Assembly (NCBI GenBank): GCA_964589445.1
Contig: CAZPQX010000003.1
Location: 42,133-106,132, forward strand
Length of the DNA: 64,000 nt
Reading direction: 5' to 3'
Origin: an uncultured Candidatus Saccharibacteria bacterium
GTDB lineage: Bacteria > Patescibacteriota > Minisyncoccia > Phycocordibacterales > WO2-35-19
Shown: positions 26,525 through 35,930 of the stretch, piece after piece
Position numbering within the stretch: position 1 is the stretch's first letter
Layout: each line of letters starts with the position of its first letter
Made by a program: the position numbers and the translations under genes
Notes under the pieces: model-generated
What the model was told of the DNA's origin: nothing
What the model saw: only the letters and a program-made list of their open reading frames with translations
Database searches by the model: none

Positions 26525-27106
26525 ATGTCATTAAACATAAAAATAATTTTGGCGAGTGTGAGGCAGGGAAGATTTGGTGACAAACCCGCTAATTGGATAA
26601 ATGAAATAGCAAATAAGTCTGAAGGGGTGTCAGCTGAGCTCCTCGATTTGAAGGATTATGAGCTGCCAGTATTTTCTGAAGCCGTTTCTCCTTCGCATAT
26701 GACGGAAGATTATACTAAGCCCGATGTATTGAAATGGGCACAAAAGATTGCCGAGGCAGACGCTTTCATCATCGTCACTCCAGAATACAACCATGGCTAC
26801 CCATCTTCTTTGAAAAACAATATCGATTATCTATATAAGGAGTGGATCAACAAACCAGTGTGTTTCGTGGCTTACGGCTCTACTGGTGGAGCAAGGGTGA
26901 CGCAGCAGCTAAGGGAAGTTTGTATTGAGCTTCAGATGGCGCCTATCAGAAATAGTGTGCACATAATGGCACCTTGGTTTTTGACAGAAGCTGACGGTAG
27001 TTTGAAATCTGGTGCGCTCGACCCTTATATCAAGCCAGCTGAAAATATGCTTACTCAACTAAAGTGGTGGGCCGAGGCTCTCAAAAAAGCTAGAGATAAT
27101 AAATAA
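26525..27106 (+). CDS. NAD(P)H-dependent FMN reductase family flavoprotein
   Basis: ILASVRQGRFGDKPANW...IVTPEYNHGYPSSLKNNIDY is typical of FMN_red. Confidence 0.7.
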   Translation: MSLNIKIILASVRQGRFGDKPANWINEIANKSEGVSAELLDLKDYELPVFSEAVSPSHMTEDYTKPDVLKWAQKIAEADAFIIVTPEYNHGYPSSLKNNIDYLYKEWINKPVCFVAYGSTGGARVTQQLREVCIELQMAPIRNSVHIMAPWFLTEADGSLKSGALDPYIKPAENMLTQLKWWAEALKKARDNK

Positions 27107-27128
27107 TATTTATCATTTTTAAAATAAC

Positions 27129-27161
27129 TCCCATGATAATTTTCAAAAATTATCATGGGAC
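27129..27161. promoter_or_regulatory. Perfect 14-bp-arm palindrome (cccatgataatttt/aaaattatcatggg) immediately upstream of msrB
   Basis: TGATAAT...ATTATCA half-sites resemble Fur/PerR-family boxes but are spaced by 8 nt; could alternatively be a terminator. Confidence 0.35.
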
Positions 27162-27170
27162 TAAGAAAAT

Positions 27171-27548
27171 ATGGAACTAAATAAATTAACTGAAGAAGAA
27201 AGAAGAGTCATCATCGACAAGGGCACCGAGGCGCCATTTACGGGTGAGTATGTAAACAACAAAGCGACTGGTGTCTATGTGTGTAGGCAATGCAATGCTG
27301 CCCTCTATAACTCGAAAGACAAATTTGAGAGTCATTGTGGTTGGCCCAGCTTTGATGATGAGATACAAGGCGCGGTCAAGCGTACTCTAGACGCTGACGG
27401 TCAAAGGACAGAGATCACTTGCGCTCGTTGTGGCGCTCACCTAGGGCATGTCTTCGAGGGTGAGCAAATGACAGACAAAAACATCCGCCACTGTGTCAAC
27501 TCTATTTCTCTAAAATTTATTGAGGGAGTCGAAGGAAAAGGGGAGTAA
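27171..27548 (+). CDS. msrB: Peptide-methionine (R)-S-oxide reductase MsrB
   Basis: [28 protein letters not shown]...[12 protein letters not shown]...RHCVNS contains the catalytic motifs. Confidence 0.9.
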   Translation: MELNKLTEEERRVIIDKGTEAPFTGEYVNNKATGVYVCRQCNAALYNSKDKFESHCGWPSFDDEIQGAVKRTLDADGQRTEITCARCGAHLGHVFEGEQMTDKNIRHCVNSISLKFIEGVEGKGE

Positions 27549-27583
27549 AAATGGTGCTCTCGAATTTGGTATAATCAAAACGT

Positions 27584-28144
27584 ATGAATACTAAAAAAAT
27601 TATTATTAAGCTTTTGGTTGGGGGGGTATTGGTCTTGGGTTTTTTTTCTTTTAATTCTTATATACGTAGAGAGAAGCAGGCTGATGTCGCCCTTGATCCT
27701 AAAAATGCAGAGTACACGATCGAAGGTGAGAGGGTGAAGCTCGTCGGTGGTGTGACCGAAAGTGATTTTTTGCTTACAAAGTATTTTGGAAATGAACTTA
27801 CTGTTGATCTAAACGATGATGGGCGCGAAGACAAAGTATTCCTCGTGACTCAAGAAAGTAATGGAAGTGGCGTCTTCTACTATGCAGTCGCGGCTCTGAA
27901 TACAGAGAGTGGCTACCTCGGTTCAGACGGCTATTTCCTTGGAGATAGGATAGCCCCACAGACTACAGAGGTGAGCCAAAACCCACAACATAAAAATGTC
28001 ATTGTTGTAAATTATGCGGACAGGCTACCTACTGAGCCGATGAGTACAAGCCCATCTGTGGGTAAGAGTGTATATTTGAAACTCGATCCAGTCTCTAGAG
28101 TGTGGGGCGTAGTCGAGCCAGATTTTGAAGGGGAGGCTAGGTAA
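27584..28144 (+). CDS. Membrane-anchored hypothetical protein
   Basis: N-terminal TM; no recognisable motif. Confidence 0.45.
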   Translation: MNTKKIIIKLLVGGVLVLGFFSFNSYIRREKQADVALDPKNAEYTIEGERVKLVGGVTESDFLLTKYFGNELTVDLNDDGREDKVFLVTQESNGSGVFYYAVAALNTESGYLGSDGYFLGDRIAPQTTEVSQNPQHKNVIVVNYADRLPTEPMSTSPSVGKSVYLKLDPVSRVWGVVEPDFEGEAR

Positions 28145-28229
28145 GTCTGTGTTTGGATAGTTTAGTTTTGCCCAACAATCTTAATTTTGGTATTTAATTC
28201 AGAATTGCAGATGATATAATTAATCCTTC

Positions 28230-30563
28230 ATGAGGACTAAGGTATTTTTTTTAATAAAATTTGTCGCGATATTTGTTGTATTTGGTTTTTTCAAAACTGC
28301 GAGCGCTGACACTCTTTCACTCACTGCAGGTAGCAATGCGACTACCACTCCAAACGTGGCTACCGCCATCACAGGTTTCCAAATAGTTGGGCCTACGAGT
28401 CAGACTACACCAGTCAAGATAAGGGCGACGAGTGGTACCTTAAATCTTTCTACTATTTCTGGTGTGACTATGAGCGGCAATGGTACCGGCACGGTCAACC
28501 TTTCTGGTACGGTTGAGAAATTGAACCAAGCCCTCTCTACTCTCACTTATACCAGAGGCTCTACTGGTACAGACACTCTAGAGGTATCTCTCGTCGAATC
28601 AGGAGAAGTATTTTTTGAAGACAATGGTCACTTGTACAAATTTATAACTTCAACACTGAATTGGAACGCTGCCAAGACCGCAGCAGAAGCTCAGACTGCA
28701 TACGGTGTGAGTGGGTACCTGGCTACAGTTTCTACTACCACTGAAAATGCTTTTATTTCTGCCCGCCTTGTGGCTGATGGTTGGTTTGGTGCGAGCGACT
28801 CAGGGAGTGAGGGTGTGTGGAAATGGGTGACAGGACCTGAAAATGGCACTACATTTTGGAATGGTGCATCTGGTGGCAGTGTGGTGTCTGGGCAGTATGC
28901 AAACTGGAATTCAGCCGAACCTAATGATAGTGGAGGCAACGAAGACTGTGCACAATACTACTCTGCAAGCGGAAAGTGGAATGACTTGCCTTGTACTGGG
29001 TTCACTCTATCTGGATACGTCGTAGAGTTTGGTGCTCCTGGTAATTTGCCGACGGTGGTCGCTCAAAATATTTCTATCGTCACTGCGGATGTGCCTACTA
29101 TCACATCTTTTTATCCAGCCAATGCTTCTACTACGGTGGCTACTACAAGCAACTTGGTGATAGGGTTTAGCAAAAGTGTCACCAATCAAACCGGAAATAT
29201 TTTGATTAAAAAAGTATCGGATGATTCTGTGGCGGAAACAATAGATGCTTCTGGAGTTTTGATTTCTGGCAGTGGCACCAACTCTATCACCATAAACCCA
29301 AGTTCAAATTTGGAAGAGGGCACTCAATATTATGTGGTCGTGCCTGGTACGGCATTTAAAGATAGCTCAAACAATTTCTTTGCTGGGTTTTCTGCGAGTT
29401 CGACCTGGGCCTTCACTACAGGAGACACTACATCCCCGGTAATTACCAATATAGCTACTTCTGGCGTGGCTACGACGAGCGCGGCTATCTCTTGGGACAC
29501 GAGCGAAGCTGCTTCTACAAAAGTCGTGTACTCCACTGGTAGCTCTTTTGCTTCTACTACGAGCGAGACTGACACTAGTCCGCGTCTCACGAGTCACACT
29601 AAAACAATTTCAAACCTGACTGCTTGCACCACTTACAATTTCAAAGTTGTATCAAGGGATGCATTTGCAAACGCCGCTACTTCTTCATCTTATCTCTTTA
29701 CCACACTCGGCTGTCCTTCTTACTCTTTGCCTATAGCTGCGACTACTTCCTCTGTCACCGTGAGTGGGGCCGCTACTTCTACACTTACAGAAAACGGCCG
29801 CGGGATGCAAGTTGAGACGCCAGCAAACTTCACAGCCACTTCTTCTACTGTGGTGATCCAGATAAGGAGCATGGAGGCTGACCCTGTGCTCGAAAGTTTG
29901 AGTGTGCCAGCGGGTCTCACGAAGGCGTCTCAGGTAGTTTTTGATGTGAAAGCGCTTGTCGATGGCTCTGTCGAGCTAGACTCTTTTGACCATCCTGTCA
30001 CTATGACATACACCTATACTGATGAAGATGTAATAGGTCTCGATGAGAGCACTCTTTGGATGTATCACTATCACGATAGTGTGTGGGATCCTCTCGATGA
30101 CTGCACGGTAGACGCCGGGGCAAATACTATCACTTGCGATACACCCAACTTTTCTATTTTTGGTATTTTTGGCAGTCCGGTAAGTGCCGCTTCGACAAAT
30201 AATACAGGTGGAGCTTCTGTCAGGAGTAGGGTGGCGCACTTTGCTGCCATGGGGGACACAGCTTCGGCTGAGCAATTGAAAAAAGATTGGCATTGGTTAT
30301 TTGGCGTAAGCGAGGCTGCTCCTCTCGTCTCTACTTCGACCTCATACAATTTCACTCGTGATTTATATATAAGTTTGAGTGGCGAAGACGTGCGTGCTCT
30401 ACAAAATCTACTCATATCAAAAGGCTTCGCCATACCGGCTGGGGCTACTGGGTATTTCGGGTTGCAAACCAAATCTGCGCTTTCTTTGTATCAGTCACAA
30501 AATGGCATTTTGCCTTCTCTTGGCTACTTCGGTCCAAAAACACGCGCCTTTATCGGGAAATAA
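28230..30563 (+). CDS. Large cell-surface protein: C-type lectin-like domain plus Ig-like (SbsA-type) plus fibronectin-III-like plus C-terminal peptidoglycan-binding domain
   Basis: CTLD: WNAAKTAAEAQTAYGVSGYLATV...WKWVTGPE...WNSAEPNDSGGNEDCAQYYSASGKWNDLPC. C-terminal PG_binding_1: LSGEDVRALQNLLISKGF...GYFGLQTKSALSLYQ. Confidence 0.65.
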   Translation: MRTKVFFLIKFVAIFVVFGFFKTASADTLSLTAGSNATTTPNVATAITGFQIVGPTSQTTPVKIRATSGTLNLSTISGVTMSGNGTGTVNLSGTVEKLNQALSTLTYTRGSTGTDTLEVSLVESGEVFFEDNGHLYKFITSTLNWNAAKTAAEAQTAYGVSGYLATVSTTTENAFISARLVADGWFGASDSGSEGVWKWVTGPENGTTFWNGASGGSVVSGQYANWNSAEPNDSGGNEDCAQYYSASGKWNDLPCTGFTLSGYVVEFGAPGNLPTVVAQNISIVTADVPTITSFYPANASTTVATTSNLVIGFSKSVTNQTGNILIKKVSDDSVAETIDASGVLISGSGTNSITINPSSNLEEGTQYYVVVPGTAFKDSSNNFFAGFSASSTWAFTTGDTTSPVITNIATSGVATTSAAISWDTSEAASTKVVYSTGSSFASTTSETDTSPRLTSHTKTISNLTACTTYNFKVVSRDAFANAATSSSYLFTTLGCPSYSLPIAATTSSVTVSGAATSTLTENGRGMQVETPANFTATSSTVVIQIRSMEADPVLESLSVPAGLTKASQVVFDVKALVDGSVELDSFDHPVTMTYTYTDEDVIGLDESTLWMYHYHDSVWDPLDDCTVDAGANTITCDTPNFSIFGIFGSPVSAASTNNTGGASVRSRVAHFAAMGDTASAEQLKKDWHWLFGVSEAAPLVSTSTSYNFTRDLYISLSGEDVRALQNLLISKGFAIPAGATGYFGLQTKSALSLYQSQNGILPSLGYFGPKTRAFIGK

Positions 30564-30616
30564 ATTAAGATACTTTATCGACTTTTGTTTTAAATCGAGA
30601 TAATATGTTCGGGTAG

Positions 30617-31261
30617 TTGGTGTTTAAAAATAAAAACATGAAAAATAATTTACAAGCTGGGTTTTTGCCTTTTATCGTGATCGCTGTCGTGGCTGTGCTT
30701 GCTGTGGGTGGTGGAGTGTATTATGCAACTAGGGGTGACGAAGCAGGTACAGAAAGTGAGATAGAAACAGAAGCAAAAGTTGAGACTCATGGTGAGGTAG
30801 AAATAAAAGGTGAGTCTAGCAAATCAAGTTTGCGTTCACTACTCACTATCGGCAAAGATGTGGTTTGTACATTTGAAAGCTCTGCCAGAAATACTGAATC
30901 AAGCGGCACAGTTTATATATCTTCGACAGGACAGATGCATGGCAATTTTAATTCACAAAATCAAATCGGAAGCATCGAATCACACATGGTGGTCAAGGCA
31001 GACGGTATGGCTTATGTTTGGTCAGGAAGTCAGGGAACCAAGATGAACTTTTCTAAGATAGATGCAGCAGCTAGCTCTGAGACAGATACTTCAGTAAATA
31101 TGGATGCGGAAGTTGAATATAAATGTAGTGATTGGAAGAGAGACAACTCCAAATTTGAAGTACCAACAAACGTCACTTTCATCGATATTGATGCCATGAT
31201 GAAAGGCACCTTGCCAGGCAATATAGATATACAAGGAGTGATGAAGGGTAGTGTGCGTTAG
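30617..31261 (+). CDS. Secreted/membrane-anchored hypothetical protein
   Basis: TM at FLPFIVIAVVAVLAVGGGVYY; start may be ATG at 30638. Confidence 0.45.
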   Translation: MVFKNKNMKNNLQAGFLPFIVIAVVAVLAVGGGVYYATRGDEAGTESEIETEAKVETHGEVEIKGESSKSSLRSLLTIGKDVVCTFESSARNTESSGTVYISSTGQMHGNFNSQNQIGSIESHMVVKADGMAYVWSGSQGTKMNFSKIDAAASSETDTSVNMDAEVEYKCSDWKRDNSKFEVPTNVTFIDIDAMMKGTLPGNIDIQGVMKGSVR

Positions 31262-31464
31262 TCTTTGTATTTGTATTCGAGGAGGTCTCCTGGACCACAA
31301 TCTAGTGTTTTGCATATCGCCTCGAGAGTCGAGAAGCGGATGGCTTTTGCTTTGCCCGTTTTTAGGATTGAAAGATTGGCAAGTGTGATGCCCACCTTCT
31401 CGCTGAGCTCAGTAAGACTCATTTTCCTTTTTGCTAACATTACATCCAAGTTTACTAGTATCAT
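31258..31464 (-). CDS. Cro/CI (XRE)-type HTH regulator, YozG/YvaO-like
   Basis: MILVNLDVMLAKRKMSLTELSEKVGITLANLSILKTGKAKAIRFSTLEAICKTLDCGPGDLLEY. Confidence 0.75.
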   Translation of the reverse strand: MILVNLDVMLAKRKMSLTELSEKVGITLANLSILKTGKAKAIRFSTLEAICKTLDCGPGDLLEYKYKD

Positions 31465-31475
31465 TTGATTTAATG

Positions 31476-31958
31476 TTAGACTGTTAGATCATTCTCGGAC
31501 TTCATATGGATAGCGCTTTCGACAAGCTTTTGAAGTACCGCAGCGAAGACAGCGACGATAAGAGGTGAGCATGCTGCGAGGAACCCTACGATAATGAGGC
31601 CTGGAGCGTCGTCCCACTGTGCTACCAAAAACACAACAGGCATGCCGAGCATGCAGAGCCCGCTCATGACGGTGGCAGCATATTTTATCTTCCTAAGAGC
31701 TTTGATACTTAAGTCAGAGAAGGCAATATTTTTATCTATATAATTTAAAAGTTTGAATGATTGGTAAATACAGAAGAAGAATGGTATCGCTATAAGATAG
31801 AGTCCAAACAAGATCGCTTCTTGTAGTGGGGCGAGGGGAGGGAACTCGAGAGCCGCACCCTTTGTTATGGGTGATAGAGCAAAAATACAAATCGCTAGTG
31901 CTATTAGAGTGCCAATACCTAAGACTATCCTTAGAAACCAAGTTGATCCTTTTTTCAT
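31476..31958 (-). CDS. DUF2975-like membrane protein (conserved partner of the YozG-type HTH)
   Basis: 4-TM protein immediately upstream of, and in the same operon as, the HTH. Confidence 0.55.
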   Translation of the reverse strand: MKKGSTWFLRIVLGIGTLIALAICIFALSPITKGAALEFPPLAPLQEAILFGLYLIAIPFFFCIYQSFKLLNYIDKNIAFSDLSIKALRKIKYAATVMSGLCMLGMPVVFLVAQWDDAPGLIIVGFLAACSPLIVAVFAAVLQKLVESAIHMKSENDLTV

Positions 31959-32102
31959 AAATTATTAGTTACTTTTTAATTTCTATTAAGTGGTGTATTT
32001 ATTTTATATTATTATTTATCGAATTACAATAAATATATACCGATAGTTGATAAATAATTAGTATTTTTTTTGGCTAAATAGGTATAATAATATTTAAAAA
32101 AT

Positions 32103-32816
32103 ATGAATGATATATTAATTGCACTCATGGCTGCTCTTACTACTCTCAGTAGTATTTTAACAACTTATGATCCATCACTTCAAAATTTACAAAATAGAGG
32201 AGTTAGTGTTTTAAAAACTAATCCTTCGGGGGAAATAATAGAGGAGATAATAATCCCTAGGAGGCGAGGGTCTATGCCGAGATATCAGGGTGGTGTGAGT
32301 CTCATCACTCCAACTATAGTGTTTGAAGATATAACTAAATTTATAACTGAAGGCCCTATCACTCTTTCTCCTTCGTCAAATAGTGCTGGTGTTTTTAGCT
32401 TTCTTAGTAGTAATACTGATAAGGTTACAATAAGTGGTAATACGGCTAATTTTGTTTCTATAAGTGCAGGGTCTTCTGTTATCACTGCAAATCAGAGTGC
32501 CGCGGGTGACTACTCCGAAGGCTCGGCTGCTATGACTATCACACTCTTGCACACATATTGTATAGCAGAGCCGTGTCTAAATGGGGGTGTCTGTAATCCT
32601 GTGATAGATGGAGATCAAAACTTTACATGTACTTGTGCGGAAGGGTTTGAAGGTCCTACTTGTGCTTTGTATGATGATGTTTGTACACCCCCAGCCCCTG
32701 GGTCGTGCAGGAATGCTGGGATTTGCGTGGCAGATGAAGATGGAGGGCATTGTGAATGTACTGGATGTTGGATGGGGGACTATTGTCAGACTGTAAATAC
32801 AGAGTGTGAAGCTTAA
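32103..32816 (+). CDS. Secreted protein with two EGF-like cysteine-rich domains
   Basis: CIAEPCLNGGVCNPVIDGDQNFTCTCAEGFEGPTC is a canonical 6-Cys EGF pattern; a second copy reads CTPPAPGSCRNAGICVADEDGGHCECTGCWMGDYC. Confidence 0.6.
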   Translation: MNDILIALMAALTTLSSILTTYDPSLQNLQNRGVSVLKTNPSGEIIEEIIIPRRRGSMPRYQGGVSLITPTIVFEDITKFITEGPITLSPSSNSAGVFSFLSSNTDKVTISGNTANFVSISAGSSVITANQSAAGDYSEGSAAMTITLLHTYCIAEPCLNGGVCNPVIDGDQNFTCTCAEGFEGPTCALYDDVCTPPAPGSCRNAGICVADEDGGHCECTGCWMGDYCQTVNTECEA

Positions 32817-32857
32817 TTATAGTACTATTGTAATTTCTAATTTTTCTAATTTTAAAA

Positions 32858-32895
32858 GCTCACCAACTCAAAAGAGTTTGGTGAGCTTTTAAAGC
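32858..32895. terminator. Bidirectional terminator
   Basis: aaaagctcaccaactcaaaagagtttggtgagctttt. Confidence 0.6.
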
Positions 32896-32911
32896 TATTA
32901 ATATATGCAAC

Positions 32912-33451
32912 TTATACAGACGGTTGGTATATGTTTATGTCTTTAGCACCGTGGTCTGAGAGTATCTCTGATATACGAATATCGTCTTCTGAGTGGACAG
33001 CTAGTAATATATTTCCAGCCATGACACTGTCGTTGTATTCTTGTGTGCGAGGTTTGTCTACACCCCAAGCACCAAGCGCACCTATGAGACCTCCAGCCGC
33101 TCCTCCAGTCACAGCTCCAGCTGCTGCGCCGCCCGCTGCACCAGTGATCCCTAATGCTGCCATGAGAGGTCCTGCTGCAAATATGGGTCCCACTATGGGC
33201 ACGGCTCCCGCAAATGCCGCTATGCCTCCAATAGCTCCCAACGCCCCACCTATGGCGGCACCTTTTTTGACGCCTTCAGCTGGAGTGTCAGAACTTATTT
33301 CGCTCGCATTTACTTCCATTTGCTCACTATCTCTATTTCGGTAAACATAAGAAATATCTTCCAGGTCTATTTTTAATTTGCGATGCAGTTCGTTGATTGC
33401 TTCTTCTGCATCCTTCCTAGAAGAAAACGTGGCCAAGGTCATCTTTTTCAT
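32912..33451 (-). CDS. Glycine-zipper membrane protein (DUF1269/general-stress-like)
   Basis: GAAIGGALGAIGGIAAFAGA...GAAGGAAAGAVTGGAAGGLIGALGA glycine-zipper TM segments. Confidence 0.5.
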   Translation of the reverse strand: MKKMTLATFSSRKDAEEAINELHRKLKIDLEDISYVYRNRDSEQMEVNASEISSDTPAEGVKKGAAIGGALGAIGGIAAFAGAVPIVGPIFAAGPLMAALGITGAAGGAAAGAVTGGAAGGLIGALGAWGVDKPRTQEYNDSVMAGNILLAVHSEDDIRISEILSDHGAKDINIYQPSV

Positions 33452-33543
33452 GTTTTTATTATTAGTGATAATGTCTTAATTTTATTAAATGGGAATTAAG
33501 AAAGAGTGAAGTATTTTTTACAGAGTTTTTTTGTAAAAATATT

Positions 33544-33990
33544 TTACTCAGAACTGAAGCATTGATCTGTTTGGTTGTTTGGGCTGACCGTGAGTGCGTG
33601 GTCGGGCAAGCCAGCCTCATTTATATGCATGGCTATAGAGCCATTGCTGCCCGTAGTGGCTATGTTTGAAACAGAGCCATTTGGAAGTAGAGAAACCGCA
33701 ATTTCACCAGGAGGTACTTCTGTGTCTATGGTTGGACCATCAAAAGAAAAACCATCTGATTTGTCGTAGGAAATAGTACACTCATTTCCACTAGCTGTAT
33801 CTTTGACTGTGAGTGGTCCAAAATTTGAGAGTGCATCAGCAGGGCAGATGTAAGCTCCATTTTGCTGGATAGAGCAATTATCTGAATCTATAGAAATAAA
33901 GTCACTACTTGTTTCTCTAAATGCGAACCAAATTATTATGACTAATATTACTGCAGCTACCAATATTGCTATGTTTCTTATGTTACTCAT
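33544..33990 (-). CDS. Secreted hypothetical protein (N-terminal TM anchor)
   Basis: AILVAAVILVIIIWFAF. Confidence 0.45.
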   Translation of the reverse strand: MSNIRNIAILVAAVILVIIIWFAFRETSSDFISIDSDNCSIQQNGAYICPADALSNFGPLTVKDTASGNECTISYDKSDGFSFDGPTIDTEVPPGEIAVSLLPNGSVSNIATTGSNGSIAMHINEAGLPDHALTVSPNNQTDQCFSSE

Positions 33991-34164
33991 ATTTTTATAA
34001 TTAACTTATATGAGTCTAATTTTAATAAACTTCATGAAAGTAGATAGAAGAATATATAAATTTAGCCAGATATTTTGATTTTGTTGTCAATATTTCTTTA
34101 AATTCTTGACTAGGGTATCCTATAAGTTATCATTAACAAATCCTTAAAAAATTAACTTTTATTT

Positions 34165-34872
34165 ATGCAAAGCGAAAATAAATTGTCTCTTCCGATAGCT
34201 ATAGCTTTTGCCGGTATATTGATAGCAGGCTCAATAATGTATGGCAAAGTTGGGACTCCCACCAACAAAGCTGCACAAGTGGCAGAAGTTGCAGGGCAGG
34301 AATCTCTAGATAGTATAAACCCAATTTCAGCAGATGATCATATAAGAGGTAGTAGGGACGCAGATGTTTTTATTGTTGAATATTCAGATACAGAGTGTCC
34401 TTTCTGTAAGAGACTCCATGACACATTGAAGCAAGTGATGGCAGAATACCAGGCGGGCGGAAAGGTAGCTTGGGTCTACAGGCACTTTCCTTTAGAGCAG
34501 CTGCATTCAAAAGCTAAAAATGAAGCTTTGGCTCTAGAGTGCGCAGCAGAGCTCGGTGGAAATGATAAGTTCTGGCAATACACAGATAGGATTTATGAGA
34601 TAACTCCTGCAAACGATGGTCTTGACCCTCTCGAACTTCCTAAAATAGCTCAGTACGTTGGTTTGGATGTCGCAAAGTTTAATGAATGTTTGTCTAGTCA
34701 AAGACACATGGCTAAGGTGGACGCCGACCTTCAAAATGCTATCGCTACTGGAGGAGCGGGTACACCATGGAGCATAATCGTAGCTAAAGACGGCACCAAA
34801 TATCCTCTTTCTGGAGCACAGCCATATGAAGCTATAAAGCAGATGATAGAGTCTGCACTTTCAAAAAACTAG
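34165..34872 (+). CDS. DsbA-family thiol:disulfide oxidoreductase (CPFC active site)
   Basis: YSDTECPFCKRLH sits in a thioredoxin fold; N-terminal TM. Confidence 0.7.
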   Translation: MQSENKLSLPIAIAFAGILIAGSIMYGKVGTPTNKAAQVAEVAGQESLDSINPISADDHIRGSRDADVFIVEYSDTECPFCKRLHDTLKQVMAEYQAGGKVAWVYRHFPLEQLHSKAKNEALALECAAELGGNDKFWQYTDRIYEITPANDGLDPLELPKIAQYVGLDVAKFNECLSSQRHMAKVDADLQNAIATGGAGTPWSIIVAKDGTKYPLSGAQPYEAIKQMIESALSKN

Positions 34873-34873
34873 T

Positions 34874-35506
34874 ATGAACAAAAGTTTTTTAGGGTTAGTT
34901 TTGATCGTCGTCTTGGCAGTGGTTTCCTTATTTGTTTTTGCCCCTGAAGTCAAATACAAATTTGAGAATAATGCCGTTCACCCTCTAGACAATGTTAAGG
35001 GTAACAAAGATGCCAAAGTGATCTTGATTGAATACAGTGACTTTGAATGTCCTGCTTGTAGGACTTACTATCCGATACTGAGACAACTCTTTACCGAATT
35101 TGGTGATAGGGCAACTTTTGTTTACAGACACTTTCCTCTGACTAGTATCCACCCAAATGCTGAGTTTGCCGCTAGGGCAGCAGAAGCAGCAGGTAAGCAA
35201 GACAAGTTTTGGGAAATGCACGACCTACTTTTCCAAAAACAAGCAGAGTGGTCAAACATCGCTGATATAGTGCCTGTATTCAAAAACTATGCTGCTTTAG
35301 TGGGTATTGACGCAGATAAATTTGAAAGTGATTTTAATTCTAGAGAAGTAAAAGATTTTGTAAGTTCTCAAAAAGCACATGCAAATAGCTCTGGCTTCCC
35401 AGGTACCCCAACTTTTGTTTTGAATGGGGAAGTTATAGATAATCCTTCTTCACTCGAACAATTCAGGTCTATTATTTTGGAAAAAATAAAAGAAACTCAA
35501 AACTAG
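34874..35506 (+). CDS. DsbA-family thiol:disulfide oxidoreductase paralog (CPAC active site)
   Basis: YSDFECPACRTYYP; tandem with the previous gene. Confidence 0.7.
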   Translation: MNKSFLGLVLIVVLAVVSLFVFAPEVKYKFENNAVHPLDNVKGNKDAKVILIEYSDFECPACRTYYPILRQLFTEFGDRATFVYRHFPLTSIHPNAEFAARAAEAAGKQDKFWEMHDLLFQKQAEWSNIADIVPVFKNYAALVGIDADKFESDFNSREVKDFVSSQKAHANSSGFPGTPTFVLNGEVIDNPSSLEQFRSIILEKIKETQN

Positions 35507-35564
35507 ATTTTAGTAATCAACAGTTTTGATATTGTTTGCGATAGTTTTGTTATAAAATTATCGT

Positions 35565-35861
35565 ATGGATTATTCTGATATCTATTTTGCAATCTCCTCA
35601 GTCTCTGTGATAGCTGTGGCTATACTTGTGCTTATCTGCCTCCTATATATCATCTCTATACTTTACGATATAAAAAGGCTTTCTGGGGTTGCAAGGAGGG
35701 AAGCTGAGACCATAGCCAGAGGCATACAAAAAGGCGCCGAACTTTTTGGTACTGGCATTTCAGGTGAAGCCAACACTTTCGTCAAAACACTTTTTGCTAC
35801 ATTGCTCACACATTTTGTTTCTAAATCTACAAAGAAGAGAAGTACTAAGTCTAAGGAGTAG
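35565..35861 (+). CDS. Small membrane protein (hypothetical)
   Basis: Single TM followed by a charged tail. Confidence 0.4.
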   Translation: MDYSDIYFAISSVSVIAVAILVLICLLYIISILYDIKRLSGVARREAETIARGIQKGAELFGTGISGEANTFVKTLFATLLTHFVSKSTKKRSTKSKE

Positions 35862-35930
35862 TATTCTTTAACTAAAATTTAATTTACCAAAAATATCAAA
35901 GAGAACCTTTGATATTTTTGATATATGTTT

